DNA of 63,836 bases, the filler included, from Sluysia triapertura (Eukaryota): assembly GCA_046118255.1 (NCBI GenBank). It is 5 parts of 5 records of this genome, joined end to end, with 100 filler letters (N's around TTAATTAATTAA, not from the genome) between each part and the next. Parts side by side here need not be neighbours in the genome. Positions count along the whole stretch, not along the records: positions 24,998 to 38,102 come from JBJNIA010059430.1; positions 38,203 to 52,127 come from JBJNIA010014090.1; 3 more parts are not named here. One strand, given 5' to 3'. The notes beneath the pieces are model-generated. The model was not told where the DNA came from. It worked only from the letters and a program-made list of their open reading frames with translations, and made no database searches. The position numbers were made by a program, and so were the translations under genes. How positions within the stretch are numbered: the first letter of the stretch is position 1; every line of letters starts with the position of its first letter. Below are positions 25,701 to 41,009 of the stretch, piece by piece.

Positions 25701-27178
25701 TTGATTAAATTGGTGTCTTCTAAATCTTTTTGTAACTCAAATAAATTCTTGTATTTCGTTATTTAGACGCTGAATACGTTTAAATTAATCTGCAATAAAA
25801 AAGTGTTAATACTTCTATTACACTATTTTTGAAGAAATTTCTTTGTGTCACTCGCTTCATGTTCTACTGCATATCGTATGTAGGCTACTGTAGCTAAAAT
25901 TTCATTTCTTGATTTTAATACACATTCAATTTCTGTATCAACTGTTATATTAATTTGTGAATTCTGAATCTTCGTATCATTGACGTAAAACTCACGCGTT
26001 AAATCTGTTATATCATCACCTCCAGAAATACATTTAATTTCACACAAAGAATGTAATGATACAGTTTTATCTTTTAAGAGGTTATATAATGGGTTATATA
26101 ATACTGAGCCAGTATTGCACATAATTAATTATTTATTTGACTCTCGATTAAATTAAGTTGTATATTTGTGCTATTAAATAACGTTAGAAACCCATTATCA
26201 TTAATTTTGTAAGTTAATTTATCATTAGTTTTTCCGTAATTATCATACCATTCAACTTTATCTGCTTTTCCATCGCTTTATTTCTTCAACATATTCTAAT
26301 TCATTCTCAATAATTGTCAATGTTAATGTTCAGATTTACTCAATTTTGGTCCAGATTCTTGTAACAAGGCTGTTAGAATGGCAACATCAATATCCGCAGT
26401 GTTTTATTTCACTATATATATTGTCATTAATTTTCTTCTCTTTAAGCATGATTTCATTTCTTTATGGAAAACACACAATCAATCTGTAAACGTGATCTTT
26501 AATATGGTGTGATAAGTCTTCGTATATTAATTGTTAAATGTATTATTTGATATACTTTTCCTTCGAAAGAGGAAAGTAAATGTGACAATGACAACAGTTA
26601 TTGTAACATTAATAGAAAATTAGAACAATGAGTGAATTATTATAACGGTTTATTATTACTGTGAAAATTAGTATGAGTAATTATTATTGTTTAAGTAATT
26701 ATTATAACAATAACTATAAATTTATGGTAATTATAAATTATAACTGTGTTTATGTTTTTAATGTATAGAGTAACTTCTTTAGCATTTTACTCTATTTAAC
26801 ATTTAACAGTTTTTAATTATTAAAATAATTTATCATTTTTAATAAAATAAATTCATTTTTAATATTGTTTAAAAAGTATTAAAAGTATAATGCTTTAGTA
26901 TCAATTTAAAATGAGATTACATAGAGTCAAGAAAAATTTAAAATTTAATAATAAATAACAATTAAATTCAAAATGAAAATGTAGAAATGATTATTTTAAA
27001 GTTAGATTCTATAAAGTTAATATGAAATTAGAATTTATTAATATTAAATCTTACTATTATAGTCAAAAAATTATCCTAAAATGAGAATTAATAATAACAG
27101 TATGAAATCAAATTTTAAGAGCATAAAACTCGATCAAAATTAACTTAAAGTAAAGATTCATATGTAAAATTGGCCAAA

Positions 27179-27183
<5 letters not shown>

Positions 27184-27244
<61 letters not shown>
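27184..27244. repeat. (AAT)n microsatellite
   Basis: Perfect AAT run. Confidence 0.95.
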
Positions 27245-28896
27245 GTTATTTGTGTGTTTTAAATATATTACATATTTATTATTGTATAATAACTGAATAT
27301 TTATTGGAACTATGGTATATAAAATATTAACAAAATATTTATATATTTACATTGAAATTACTTATTACAATTATTATTGGAATTATTTTATATACTGATT
27401 AATTATATGGAATATTTATTATTTGAATTATTTAACCAGTTACTATAAAAGGCGATTATAATTAATGATTGAAATAACTACGAATTTTGATTACAACTTT
27501 AAGAAGACTACAATATTTTGATTACAATTTTTCTGTAAGCGAATTACGATATCCTGAATAGAGGTTATATTTGTTAACTTTTTGGCAAATTTACGTGTTG
27601 GTAAAATATTTTCTTTTGAATTTAATTTACAAAGTATAATTATACTGTTGCTACATAAATTTGTAATTTACATAATTTAATTGTGAATATATAGTTTTGA
27701 ATTTAATTTATTTTCTTTTGTTGAATAAAAATTGGGGTTGGAAATTAAGCTGTTAAAAGAGATAGAGCTTGATAATTATTAAACCGAGAAGTTTTAGATT
27801 AGCTTTAGGTTAAATATGAACTTCAAAAATTGAGTTAGATAAATTTAATTCTATAAGTTAAAGTAAAATTTTTCAAACATATATTCGAACTTGGATAAAT
27901 AAACTTTAGAGAATTGTAATTTTGTTAAATACTTCTATCCTGAACAAAAAGGACAAATATATTAATCCATACCTGCAGTTAAGTTTAATATAAAGTGATA
28001 ACATTAATAGAGATGTTCAGAATATTATAAGAATCCATAAAGAGAACAATAGTTTCTTTTATGTACGTACAAAATTTATAAAGTGTAAAACAGTATTCAG
28101 AAGTTTAAATTTAACGAAAGTTTAATAAAGTAAAGGCAAGGAAATAACGCATAAATTTTAAAGACTTAACAGAAGCAAAAAATATAATATATATAATATA
28201 AAATATAATACACCCCATTTCAATAATTTTTTATTTCTCCTATTTGGAGCAGAAATATTTTGTTAATGCCATTTTACATCATCCATTTCTTAAGTAACTC
28301 TGTCTTCTAAAAACATTGTTTTCTAAATTTTTTGGGTAAAATATGAATTACTTTTATTACTCCAATTTATTTAGCAATCAAGCGTGAGTTGTCTTTATCC
28401 TACTAACATAAATTAAATTAATTTAAAAGTTCAGTGAGTTCGCCTGTGATCCAAGACTTACTCAATTAAGGGCTTGTCCACAGGATTTTTAAGGGAAAGT
28501 GTAATAGTAAAAGTTAAGACCAATTATTTATTCCTCAAACTGATTCAACTGCTTTATTAATAATTATTAAGACCTTTAATGGTTATTATATTAGAGTTTA
28601 AAAATTATTTGATGAAGATAAGTCATAAGTTATAGGAATATTTAAAATGCGGCTAGAGAATCAGGAGAGAATATGTCAGATAATTAAGGAAGAGGAATGA
28701 TTTAAGAATTTGATAAAGCTGGTAATGGTTCAATTACTTGGAAAAATTTATTTCTATAATGTCGTGCATATATCCATTTCTATTTATTATAAAATTGAAT
28801 TGTATTTGAAATTATCACTATCGCTGAAATTATAAAGTAAAAGATATATATAATTAATAAAAATCAATACTATAGTAATGAAAACATCGAACTTAA

Positions 28897-29122
28897 CCTT
28901 TATCGTACGAATGGTTAACCACTGTTTGTACTCGTTGTTTGCCGAATGGTCTATATATTAACCACGCTGTATTTATACATAATTCAAGCACTGTCGCTGT
29001 CTAGTGTAAATAGTACGTGAGCTATGTTATTTTAAGTGAATATTTGCACCTGATCACACCTTTTGTAAATTAATTCCGTCCGGCAGGTAATACAAATCAA
29101 TATAAATAGCGTACGATAAAGG
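28897..29122. mobile_element. piggyBac-type MITE (226 bp)
   Basis: Perfect 13-bp TIRs CCTTTATCGTACG/CGTACGATAAAGG, each flanked by TTAA. Confidence 0.9.
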
Positions 29123-32100
29123 TTAATTCCTAATATTATAAAATTATCTTCTTATTTAATATTGGTGTTATCCTCTTAAATAATAGTAACATCTTCACTC
29201 TCTGAAGATGAAGGTACAAAAGTCGTGATGAAGTATTAAACGAAGTAAATAATTGTGATGAAAGTTCTGTTATGATAAATATAAGATAAATATTATGTTT
29301 TATTCTAGCTAGAATTTTTAAATAAAACTATTGTTAATTTTGTTAACATTTTTGCTCGATGTATAAAATTGATATTCAATTTTGTTTTCATTTGCAAGGT
29401 TCAATTCCCGCGAGAAAATCATCAAAGGTCATGGCAGGCCTTAAGCCAGCTTTAAATTATAACCAAAAATTTTTATAAAAACGATAAATTTAATAAAAAA
29501 AACCGCAAAAAATGATTAATCATACTTTTATTTTTGTATTTTTATTATTTACAAAAGTATGTAACACAAATGGAATAGAGTAATTTTGGCAATTTTAGTG
29601 AAGGCGTTATTTTTATCATAAAATCAACCGAAAATTTATGACGAAACATTAATGAAATTTTACTATTTAAGCTTTTTAAAATAGATTTTAATTGTATAAA
29701 CATGTTAATAACTTTTAAATATTTTAGACTCAATTCTAAAATTTTTTAAACAAAATACTAAACAAATCAACGTATTTATATTAAGGTTAATAACAAGAAA
29801 AATATATAATATAAAACATATACAATTATGTCCATTTGTTTTATATTATATTTTGCACTAGACGTTCATAATTTGATGATCGTATATTTTCTGAGCTATA
29901 CTTTTCAATAGAAACAAGTGCAATAGTGTCATGCTTTAATTTCGTTTTCAATATTCCTTCGGGTTCTAGCATCATGAGAACGAGACCTTTTTACTTTAGG
30001 TTCAAGAGTACACTTAGTACAACTAGAATGATGGTATTTAATTGGTGGCTGTGATTGGAAGTTTGAACGTTGTCGATTAAACATAAATTTATTAAATTTA
30101 TTAAATTGTCGTAAATGATACTTTTAAATATTTTTAGAAGGCATATCGATTTTTAAAAAAAATATAATCTTAACAACTAATTAATATTAATTTTTTTGTA
30201 TTTTATTTTACATTTTCAGGTGATCGAGTTGTTGAAATCTAGATATTGTGGATTATTTGTAATAACTTAAGTAATTCATGAGCGGACCATTTACTAATAT
30301 TTTGATTAAATTCACTTTCATTAAAAGATTTAATGAACTCTGTTATATTGCTAGATTTATTTGAATTTAGTAAAAGCCATATGGGTTTATTTAACCTCGT
30401 TTCAGAAGACTTTGGAATACTGATTTTCACCAAAGATTGATTGTTGAAGTAAAACTTTTATAAAAGCATAATTGATAGCAGATTTAATTGTTAAAGTACT
30501 TTTTATTCTCTTATAAAGCGATTGGTTGCAGAACTATACCAATTAGTAACTATAATTCTTAATATAACGAATAAAGAAAGGCAGAAACATATTTTGAAAA
30601 TGGTTATATTCATATAACTGAAACAATTGCTATATACTACAAAAACATTAAAAAGAATGATGTTCGCGTTTCATGAATGTTCATAAATAAACACATTTTT
30701 GGACCATAATTACATATACATGCTTTAAGACTGAATCAATTTAAAAACATAACAAATATTACTAACACGTGATGGATGATAATAACAGTGTCAGATTTGG
30801 TAGGCTATGATTTAACAAAAGAGTATTGATCAATTCAATTTAACAAAACTTTAAGTATAACTTTTTCGACAGTGAAATTTTGTTTATGATTTTGTAATTT
30901 TCTAGCTTTTACCAGGTTCAATAAAAGCATGCATCGATTTTTTTTACATGAATAGTAATAAATATACGATAATAATAAGTAATAAAAGTGATAAAATGTA
31001 AAAAAAAGTGAAGAGGAATAAACATGCATACAAACAAGAAGAATGAGAAAAGATAAGGTAAAGTGATTTTGAGAATAATAAAAATTATAATGATAACAAT
31101 TATGAGAAAAATTTAATTCGACTGTTATGTAGTTTAATGTGATAATGTTGATGGAGTTACGATGATATGAGATTACCACGAAAGTTATTATTGTGATAGA
31201 GGTTATGATAACAATAAATATAACTAATGATAATTATATATAATGACTATGTTTATGTTTTGAATGACTCGAATAATTTACTTAGTTTATGTAAGAAATC
31301 TTCATATGTGATGAAATGTGGAGTTACCTACAATAATAATTTTCAATTTAATATAAAATGCAATGTCATTAAAAAGTTAGCAAAACGAATATTTATTGAT
31401 ACACATTACATTTAATCCGAAATATGAACTTACATATGAATAGTAGTGGCAGCGTAGTTGAGAATATGCTGAGAATATATATAAGCGACTCTATGATGCG
31501 ATTAGCAATAAATAAGATATAATATTAGCACTCCAAAGTACTGCTACTATTATTATTATTATTTAGTGAAAATTCTATAATTATTTCTCGTTAATTCTAG
31601 CGTATTTTAATAAAAGGAAAACCAATTTCAAAGGAATTTCAACTACAGTATTATTTGACAGAATTCAAGTCAAAACATCAATTATAATATATTTTGTTTT
31701 GACATTTAATGTTTGATTCTTTTTGATTGTTTACTTTTATTTATTTTAAAATGTATTGTTTCGGTTATAAATTTATTTTGGATAAAACTAATTTAATTCT
31801 GGTAATAAAAAATAATTATTAAAAAATAATTAAAAATAATTAAATAAATTTAATTATTTAATATTACTTGAATTATATTCAAAAAATAGAATGAAAATGT
31901 TGATTTTTTAAATATTTTAATGACTATTTAGAACAATATATTAAAAACGTCTCATAACTAAATTTTTTGCAAGAAAAAGTAATATTTTTTTGGTATACCT
32001 CTTTACTAGTTAGTACCAATCCAAATATAAAGTTATTGATAAATTAAATTATATACTAGAAAATACTTTTACTTACAACTATTTTACGTAAATACTCGTT

Positions 32101-34039
32101 TTAAAATAAAAGTAATTGACAGAGAAAAATAACCACAATAATAACAATAATAATCATAATAATAATAATAAAAACTATCTGAAATGAACTTAGAATAATT
32201 AAAGAACAAGAAATTGTTTCTATTAATTCATAAAAATAAGTGACACACTAATTAGTGAAAGAGATATTAAGTATTAGTGAAAAAAATTTACAGAGCATTA
32301 TCAATAAAAACTAAATTAAAAAAATTTAATATTTTATCTACTAATTAACTATATGTATTATATTTTTAGGAAAAACTAATATGAACTTTTCACTTAAAGA
32401 AACAAAAAAAATATTATCCACAACGTAATTCATCATTTTATTTTATTATATAAAAAAATTAATTCATCTTTAATTTTAATTCTATTCAAAATAAAATGAG
32501 CACTTGAATATGGAGGCATTATAAAATCAGTAAATGCCATATAAATATGATATTTTGTAATAAAATGTTAACTAAGACATGAGAGAAAATCAGTTTAGTG
32601 AACTATTGAAATTCCAGATAATGAAAATTAGTCACAAAGAAATAAGACGTAAAATTTATTGAAGAACTCAATAATAATTCAGTCGATACACATGCTACTG
32701 TGTTAAGATAATAAATTGAGTCATATAATTTTGTCTTACATTTATGACATTAAATTTATTAATATTAATAAATTATTATTAATAAATATTAATAAAATTA
32801 TGAATATTAATAAAATAAATTAATGCTAATTATTACATGATGATAATTGATATTAATCTAAAAGATCAAAAATTCTTTAGTAATACAAGATACCAACAGA
32901 CTAAAATGGTTAATGAATTGACTGTTACGTCGAAAATCAGATATCTTAAAGTTCACAATTCGTATCTAATGAAAAGACAAGGTGAATGAATCATATTCAA
33001 CTATATTTAACCAGTCTTCATGAGTAAAAGAATTTGGTTATTTATTTGTTAAAGTTCCAATACTGGAAGTAAATAATCTGCTAGCAGATCTGCGCGATTT
33101 GTTCAAAGGTAATGTTAATCTAAAGTTACAATAAATTGACATTCAAAACGATATCATAAAATTATTCAATAAAAAGTTCATTCCAATCCTGCTATTTATT
33201 ACCAGACTCTACAAGTTAGGTTTCAGAATATTTTAGTACTTATTATATGCTAGATAAATAACTAGCTACTGCAAAGTTATTACTTTAAATTTCATGGTAT
33301 TTCTAATGTAAACTATCTCTTTTGTTATTATTTTGATATTAAAGGGACCGATCTTTCTCCTAAAAAATTGAAATATAAAGTGTTGTGCCCAGTTTATTGC
33401 TCTAATAAGAGAAACTCTAAATTTTATAAATTAGATAATTTAATAAAGACGATAATTATACGATAATAAGTGCAAATTATCACCACTGAGAATATCACCT
33501 TAAATCAATCAGTGTTGATTCTACTTTGTGTCAGCAATGTGATCATAAATATAAGATTAATTCTGACCATTTCATAATTTATGATTATTATAATTTCGTT
33601 GCAATNNNNNNNNNNNNNNNNNNNNNNNNNNNNNNNNNNNNNNNNNNNNNNNNNNNNNNNNNNNNNNNNNNNNNNNNNNNNNNNNNNNNNNNNNNNNNNN
33701 NNNNNNNNNNNNNNNNNNNNNNNNNNNNNNNNNNNNNNNNNNNNNNNTCTGGTTAAAACAAAAATACATGTTTTTTAAAGTACAATTTTTATTATAATTC
33801 ATATGTGATACCCATTTAAATTTTAAATGTTTAATCACAATTATGGTACAAATACAAAAGTGAACTAGCGTACATCACAAAGAAAATACCTGTAAGAAAG
33901 AAGGAAAATTAATAGATAAATACCTAATAAAGTGACTAAGACAGAGAAGGTCGAAAAAAAATATTAAAAATAATTCACATAAGAGAAAAGCAAATATACT
34001 AATAATTAGTTAAAATTTTCAAAGGATATTAAACTAAAT

Positions 34040-36400
34040 ATTGAGGATACTGGCTGACATGAGGACACTGTAAAATGTATCCAAATGCCCAGGAATATTA
34101 CCACTTCATCCCGAGACATTACATGAAAAGATTTGAATCTGGCTTGAACTACCTAGGTTACACGAACCGTAGTATCCAACTGGTGATACAGAGGTCAAGG
34201 CAATAACGATCAACAAACCAGTAAAAGAAAGAAAGAACAGGCACAGAAGAAAATCTCGCCAAAAGATGCCTGAATCCAAACTCAAAGCCAGAGAGACACT
34301 TGGAACTCAAACTGACGACCTGCCTGAGCAACCCATATTGAAGGATCAGCTTGAACCTCAGAAGAGTGCCAGGAAGAGAACCCATAGGACCAAGCCCTGA
34401 AATATCCTAAGGAAAATGTAGATAGTGGTAGTGGTTAAGATACTGGGACTCAGTCCTAATAAACCACCAGCCAAAAAACAGGGAATTAGGGACTCCCTCA
34501 AAATTAGGGACTCCTGTCCCTCAAAAAATGTAACAGGAGTACTTCTCCCGGCAACACCGGTCGTTCAGAAAAGCCCTGTTACAGCAAAAGCTGGGGTCAA
34601 CTCACCTAACCTAGAAGAATATTGTGATCTATTTAGCAAATCGGTCAGAGCCTCTTTACCGCATTGTCTAATGACCTTTTTGCCTCGGCGAAGCTGGCTA
34701 CACCCGCTCTTGCTCAGTCGATTGACACAATATTCTCTGAGTTGTCGGTAACAACTCTTGAAATCTTCCAATTACTACCAACTACTGTTGGACAAGGATA
34801 GCAGATTCATCTGTGCTTAGGATAATGAGTGCCCATCGACCTTTCGAATAAAACACGATACCGACGGAGATAACATATCTAAGCACATGCGTAACATTCA
34901 TGATGCAGTGATGACGTACTATAAGCTGAACGTCATATATTCCTGTGGTAAAATCATTAAATGCACGAGTTGACTGAGCAACACGTGGACCACAATCCAC
35001 ACTGTATCGGACCTTGAATAACCCAAGTGTGACAGGACCCAGTAATGGAAAAGTCAAGGAATGCAATGAAGAGGATATCAGTTATTCAATTGTGGACTCT
35101 TCTACGATAAAACGCAACCACTGCCCCAAGACGTACAAATACATCGTAAAAAATAATGATACGGTGTGACGTCATCTCAGAAATGCAAATGACTTCACGA
35201 AGTCTCTCCTGGTTAAGAGCATATGTGGGCCAATGTTTAACAAAATCAGTGCTCTGAATGTCCATCTTGTGAAAATGATGATATCGATTCATCAGAATGA
35301 CTATTTAGGAAGGCAATAGAAGCTTTCTTTAGGGCGTGCGTCACAGAGAGTGACAATGCGATTCTGCACACTGAACTATTTAGTTATGCCACAAGGCGGA
35401 CTGCCAAGCCTTGCTCAATAACATTCCGCTGTATAAATTGATCAAGTTCCAGCACTTTTATTGGGTCATTAACATGTGTGATGTTAATTGTCAACAATGT
35501 TCGGAAACAGTATCTGTTTATTGACCCAAAATTATAAAGGGATTCATGTTACTAGCATTGCATCCACAAAACAAACCTCTTACGCCTAGCGATGTAGTTT
35601 TTCCGAAGCAAGTGGTCCAACGGATTGTGGACCACAAATCTGCAACATCGCTCTTCAATGCAAGCGATTTACATCATCTGGAGGACTGGAATTTGACTCG
35701 GAATCCCGATACCAATTCGTGGAGCCGGATATAATGTGGACCCGACCACTCCATGCAACCTAATAAATGGGCTGGTACCGATGCAAAGGCCTAAACAACC
35801 ACACCCAACAGTGACATGAATCAGAGCGATTACAGACGGGGCAAATATAGCCAAATGAAGCATTCAACATGTTTTGTGACCCGATATACCAGGGAAGGAT
35901 CAGGATATACACAATATCTTGAACAAATGCAATAATGCCCGGGAGTCACAGTAAGAAGACTTTAGATGATATTAATCTTAATAGAATAAACATGTCGGAC
36001 ATGGCCAAAGCCTTCCAACTGATAACCAGTTCGAGAACTCCAGATGAGACTGACGGATCAGCATTATTGTGGCCCACTATAACAGTGTGCAAGTGCCACA
36101 ATTTGACCCATTGTTGATGTCCCAATTACCATATTTCTCGGACATCATTATAGAAAAGATGGTGATATCGCAGGAAGTCCGTCTTGTTAAGGATGTGTGT
36201 CCGAATTCAACATCTGGACAAAACAAGATTACAATAAATGATGTTCGAAGAATGGACCCGAAAGACGAATTTATCGCCTCTCTTTTCAACAGAATTCTTG
36301 AAACAGAGTAAATAACACGCTGTTGGAAATTCACCACAATCCTGCTCATAAAACCAGGAAAGGTAGACTAAGGTCGGAAACCATCCAATTGGTGACCTAT
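34040..36400 (+). mobile_element. Degenerate 5' portion of an R2/NeSL-type non-LTR retrotransposon
   Basis: GC-richer block with C2H2 finger remnants (CA*DNECPSTF...KHMRNIH; ICGPMFNKISALNVHL). Ends in MDPKDEFIASLFNRILETE*ITRCWKFTTILLIKPGK, homologous to LFNRILVNQKVPTVWKNYNTLLIIKPNK of the 9.8-kb LINE. Confidence 0.75.
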
Positions 36401-37019
36401 TGCTGCATTCATTAATCAAGAAAGGATATTTTGTTTTAATATTCACAATATAGCAAATTAATGATATTGTAGCACAAAATAAAAAGTAAATTTTTTACAT
36501 CATTGTATCGATAAAATTCCCTAATCGAACAATATAAAAGTTTTACCATTCGAAGTTTTGTTAATATTAAAATTGTCACGGTAAGCTTAATTTCTCGTTT
36601 GTAAAAATTATATATAGCGCTTACTATTATTGTATACGTAATTCGCAATTTTTCGACATTTTCATTTGAACAAAAAAGTTTTAAAATTTGAATAGATTTC
36701 TAAAATTGTTACACTTTTATCTTCAACTAACAGAAATGAACTAAAAGAATTCACGAAACTACTTTTTACATTAATTTGAAAGTATAGGTTATTTAACTTA
36801 TTTAATTATTTAACTTAAAAATTAAACTTAAACTAATGTTTAGAAAGAATTTTAATATTAAAACTTCGAATCTAAGTTAGAATTGATAAAACTATAGTGG
36901 TTTATAGGGTTATAATAATAAAATTTATAAGTCTAAGTAATAAGTACAACATTAATAAAATACTATTATAATAAATATAATAATATTTAAAATAATAAAA
37001 GTAAATTAATAATAGTATT

Positions 37020-37043
37020 AATAATAATAATAATAATGTAAAC

Positions 37044-37079
<36 letters not shown>
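37020..37079. repeat. (AAT)n microsatellite, interrupted
   Basis: Two AAT runs separated by GTAAAC. Confidence 0.85.
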
Positions 37080-38102
37080 GTACTTTAAAATTATAAGACA
37101 GCAGATGCGCTAAATAATATGACGTGATATTAATACACCTGCATTTAAAAATAGTATTGAATTAATTAATTTTTAGTCGAATTTTACAAAATAAATCCAT
37201 CCATTTAAAACAGAAATTTTTTGTAGTTTTCAGCAAGAAATTTCTGGTTACTCCAACCAGTGAATGGATGTAAAGAGCTTACTAGTATATGTCAGTTTAC
37301 TGGCTTCTAAGTTTGTTGAGTCAATTCAAAACAAATTTAAATTTTTAATTTATTTTTCATCAGGTATTTTAATTAGCTGTTTAAAATTTATAATCGTAAT
37401 TTATTCTATTTCATTAAAGATAAAAAATATTTTAATTATAAAATTCTTCTATATTTATTCTTTTTTGTTTTGCTCTGTGATATATTTTTATTATAAAAAT
37501 ATATTTAGTCGATAGTCTCCTTTTTGCTAAATACTTATCTGAATTATTTATATACAAAAATTAAAAAATTAAGATTCATATGATATGAGTAAAGATTAAA
37601 CCTTGTCAATAATAAAATCTGAGTCCGCTAATAAATTAATAAACAAAATATCATGTATAAAAGCCTACGTCCAATTATAAGACTTTGACTACAGGCGACC
37701 CAATAACAGCATTTATTCTTGTAAGTAAGCAAAAGAAAATATTCCACATCATAAAGTGACAAACACCATAGCATTTAAAACAAAATAATATCTCATCAGT
37801 AATAAGCAATATTTTTTATTACACATAATTTGAATTTAGATGAAAGATGATTAATTACTATTGTTTCAAATAAGTGTTACTTGTAAACTTTGTACTAAAC
37901 CGATATATCGGATTGTAGACTAATATTAAATATAATGTGTGTAATAATATAATAATAATATAATATTGTAATAAAAACTTTTTGGTTTATTACTTCACAA
38001 ATAATTTATTATTTTTATAGTTTCACTACTTATACACTTATGTGAAAATCTATCTCAATCTTTAACCTTTATTTCTTTATATAAATTCGATTATATCTGT
38101 AA

Positions 38103-38202
38103 NNNNNNNNNNNNNNNNNNNNNNNNNNNNNNNNNNNNNNNNNNNNTTAATTAATTAANNNNNNNNNNNNNNNNNNNNNNNNNNNNNNNNNNNNNNNNNN
38201 NN
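38103..38202. other. Artificial scaffold-joining spacer
   Basis: N44-TTAATTAATTAA-N44. Confidence 0.97.
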
Positions 38203-39571
38203 TGGTAATTTTTTATAATATACAATTTTAAATAAATTTTATAATATTTTTATAAATTTAAAAATTAAAAATTTTTTTTTAAAAAATACAAATAAAAATT
38301 TATAAAATTATGTACATTCTTACATTTTAATTAATATAAACTTAAACAATGAAGTTTAGTAAGTTACCTAATTAAACGATAACTACAAAAATAAAATTTC
38401 TTGATTTTAATGAAAGATTTTGCTCTGCAACATTAAATAATTGCTATGAACCACATTCAAATAAAACTAACGAATTCTTTAAGATTAAAATTTCTTCTTT
38501 CCTGAAAAATGGTTTTTTCAAAATTAGGAGTTTCAACTGTATTATATGTCAGTTTATATAATAAAATTATATTGACCTTGATATGATTTCATTAAAACAA
38601 AATTAAATTTTATTTTTAGTTTTAAAAATTATTTTTTTAATTTAGCAATTTTATTTAACCAATAATTTAAAATCAAAATAACTTACAGAAAATTAATTCC
38701 AAATTAATAATTCACATAAGTAAATATAAAGTAATCTAAGTTCATTAATTCACATAAATAAAATCAATGATTTTTGTCTTTAAACATACACATAATAAAA
38801 CTAATATATGTACTTTGATACTGACGATAGTTATTAAATCCAATATAAATAACTGATTTTACGACATTGTTTTACGAATTTTTTATTTTATATATTTCTT
38901 ACGGATATTTACTTAATTTTAGTACAACTAACAAATTGTTAGATACAACTTTTGAACCACTGATTTTTTGGCAAATGTCATTTAAATCTATTTGATTAAT
39001 TCAAGTTTAAATTTACACTTAAACTCCTTTTAAATTAATACAGTAATTTAATAAATTACACTAATTTCACAAGTAAAATAAATTTGTTATATTAAGTGTT
39101 TACTTTTTATATTTATACGAGTATTCATTATATTTTCTTATTGATTTATTCGTAATAATGTTTGTTATAACTATATATTTGAAAGTAATTTATTGCAGGT
39201 TCAGCAAAAATTATAGAAGTTATTGATAAGTTGAAATACTAATTCGTAAAAGAAATAGCATCCAATAAGAAGCTCGAAAACCTTAACAAAACTCATTTAA
39301 ATAAGCTCAACTAATCTACATATATCTACTATAGACGGACCCGTAAATTCTAATTTTATTTTTATACTTATTACTTATAAACATTACATTATTCTTCCAT
39401 TCTTAATTTTCATTTATCTTTTACGTAAACTTATATTTTACTTATAAAAAGAAATTCTTTCTTTTAAATAAGAAGAAATTATAAAATGCACTTTAACTTT
39501 CAAAAAATGGGAAAATTCTTTAAAAAAATAGTTTTTTAATTTTCTTAGAAATGTGGCATTTATTATTATAG

Positions 39572-39716
39572 TGTTAGATTTCGTAAAATGGACTGACCGG
39601 GACCTTCGCTGAGCAGTTCGAATGCTCTACCACTGATCTATCAGCCCTGTCTAACAATTTTATATTTCTATAGTCCATTATATTACATGGCACTTTAGGC
39701 CTTCTTACCCCAACAA
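39572..39716 (-). repeat. tRNA-derived repeat, copy C
   Basis: Reverse complement TTGGGGTAAGAAGGCCTAAAGTGCCAT...TTGTTAGACAGGGCTGATAGATCAGTGGTAGAGCATTCGAACTGC...GGTCCCGGTCAGTCCA...TCTAACA. The B box is deleted between the two CCGG. Confidence 0.85.
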
Positions 39717-41009
39717 TAGTAAAATAAAAGTAACTTCTTGCTCTTCATAGAAGGTAAATAACACAAGTTATTAGTATTTGTTACTGTATACATGCGAATG
39801 TGTCTTTATCTGATTGGTTAACCGTGTAGTAATTATACTCAAAAAATTAATTATCTGAAATTATGGATATATTACTATTGTGCTAGTCATACAGTCCAAA
39901 AACTTCACTAAAAAGAAAAAAAGAAAGATGGCACTAAGTTAAAAAAACCTTCACACTATATGATTTGCCAAAATGGGTACGAGACACGGAAACCAAAAGA
40001 TACGCCAAATACATATTAACACTTTTATATCATAATTTTCATATTTTCGGCAACGTTTTTTTATTTTTTTTCAAATTCTCCCATTTTTGAAAATCCTTCG
40101 CCATTTTGATTTTTAATAATTTATTACTAATATAATTTCTGTTGAATTTTTGTGAATCTTGTGAGTAAAAAGTTTTTAATAACATTATGACATCTTTATA
40201 ACTTAATGAATGAAAAGTGCATATAATTTTAATAGATAAGGTAAACGTATTTTTACGAAATGATTCGGGCTTGGGTATGAAATTGAATAGACAAGTTATG
40301 ATGAGCCTGGTCTAAGACATTCTTTTGACTATTGAACAAATAACTTAAACTGAAATATTTTCTACTGAAAACTTAACATAAAATAAATCAATCTTCCTCC
40401 AAATAGCTACTATATAATACATTAATCATCGATTTAGTCAATACTAAATATTATATTAAACGCATTCTCAACATAATGATTAATTTATTACTACTCATGC
40501 ATATGAAAAAAGAGTTGAGTTTCAATACAAATTAAAAATAAAATTGCAATGTTCACACTGCAGCCTTTTTTGACAACTAAGTAACTATATAAATACACTT
40601 AAAATCAGTACATTGTTAAAAGCCGAAAGTCCTTTTTTATTCATCTCAGTTATAATTATTCAGCAATAGTTAACTGATGTAAAAGAAAACTAACTGCAAT
40701 ATAGAAACTACTGGTACTAAAACGTTCATGCTTCATTGCTAAGAAATAAGTAATTCAGTACCATATATTACAAATGTTTGTTATCTTAAATTCATATACA
40801 CCACTCCGATGTGTATATTATGTTATTAATGACATTAATTTAACACATTTATAAACAACTTATGATCTGACAATATTATAAGTATGGCGCCAGCAAAAAA
40901 AACTTCTTCAATACATTTAATTTTAAAATATTTAATTTAGTACCATAATTTCAGTTTTTAATTTTACATTATACCTTTGTTAAATTATTTTCTAAAGTAA
41001 TTTTACTCA

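Noticed and set aside
31441-31550. Possible short solo LTR (TATA-like, AATAAA, imperfect terminal inverted repeat)
   Set aside because: No canonical TG...CA ends, TSD or second copy in the window.
33526-33838. ORFs spanning X runs (also 19681-19983)
   Set aside because: Open only because they cross N gaps (33606-33747, 19836-19969).
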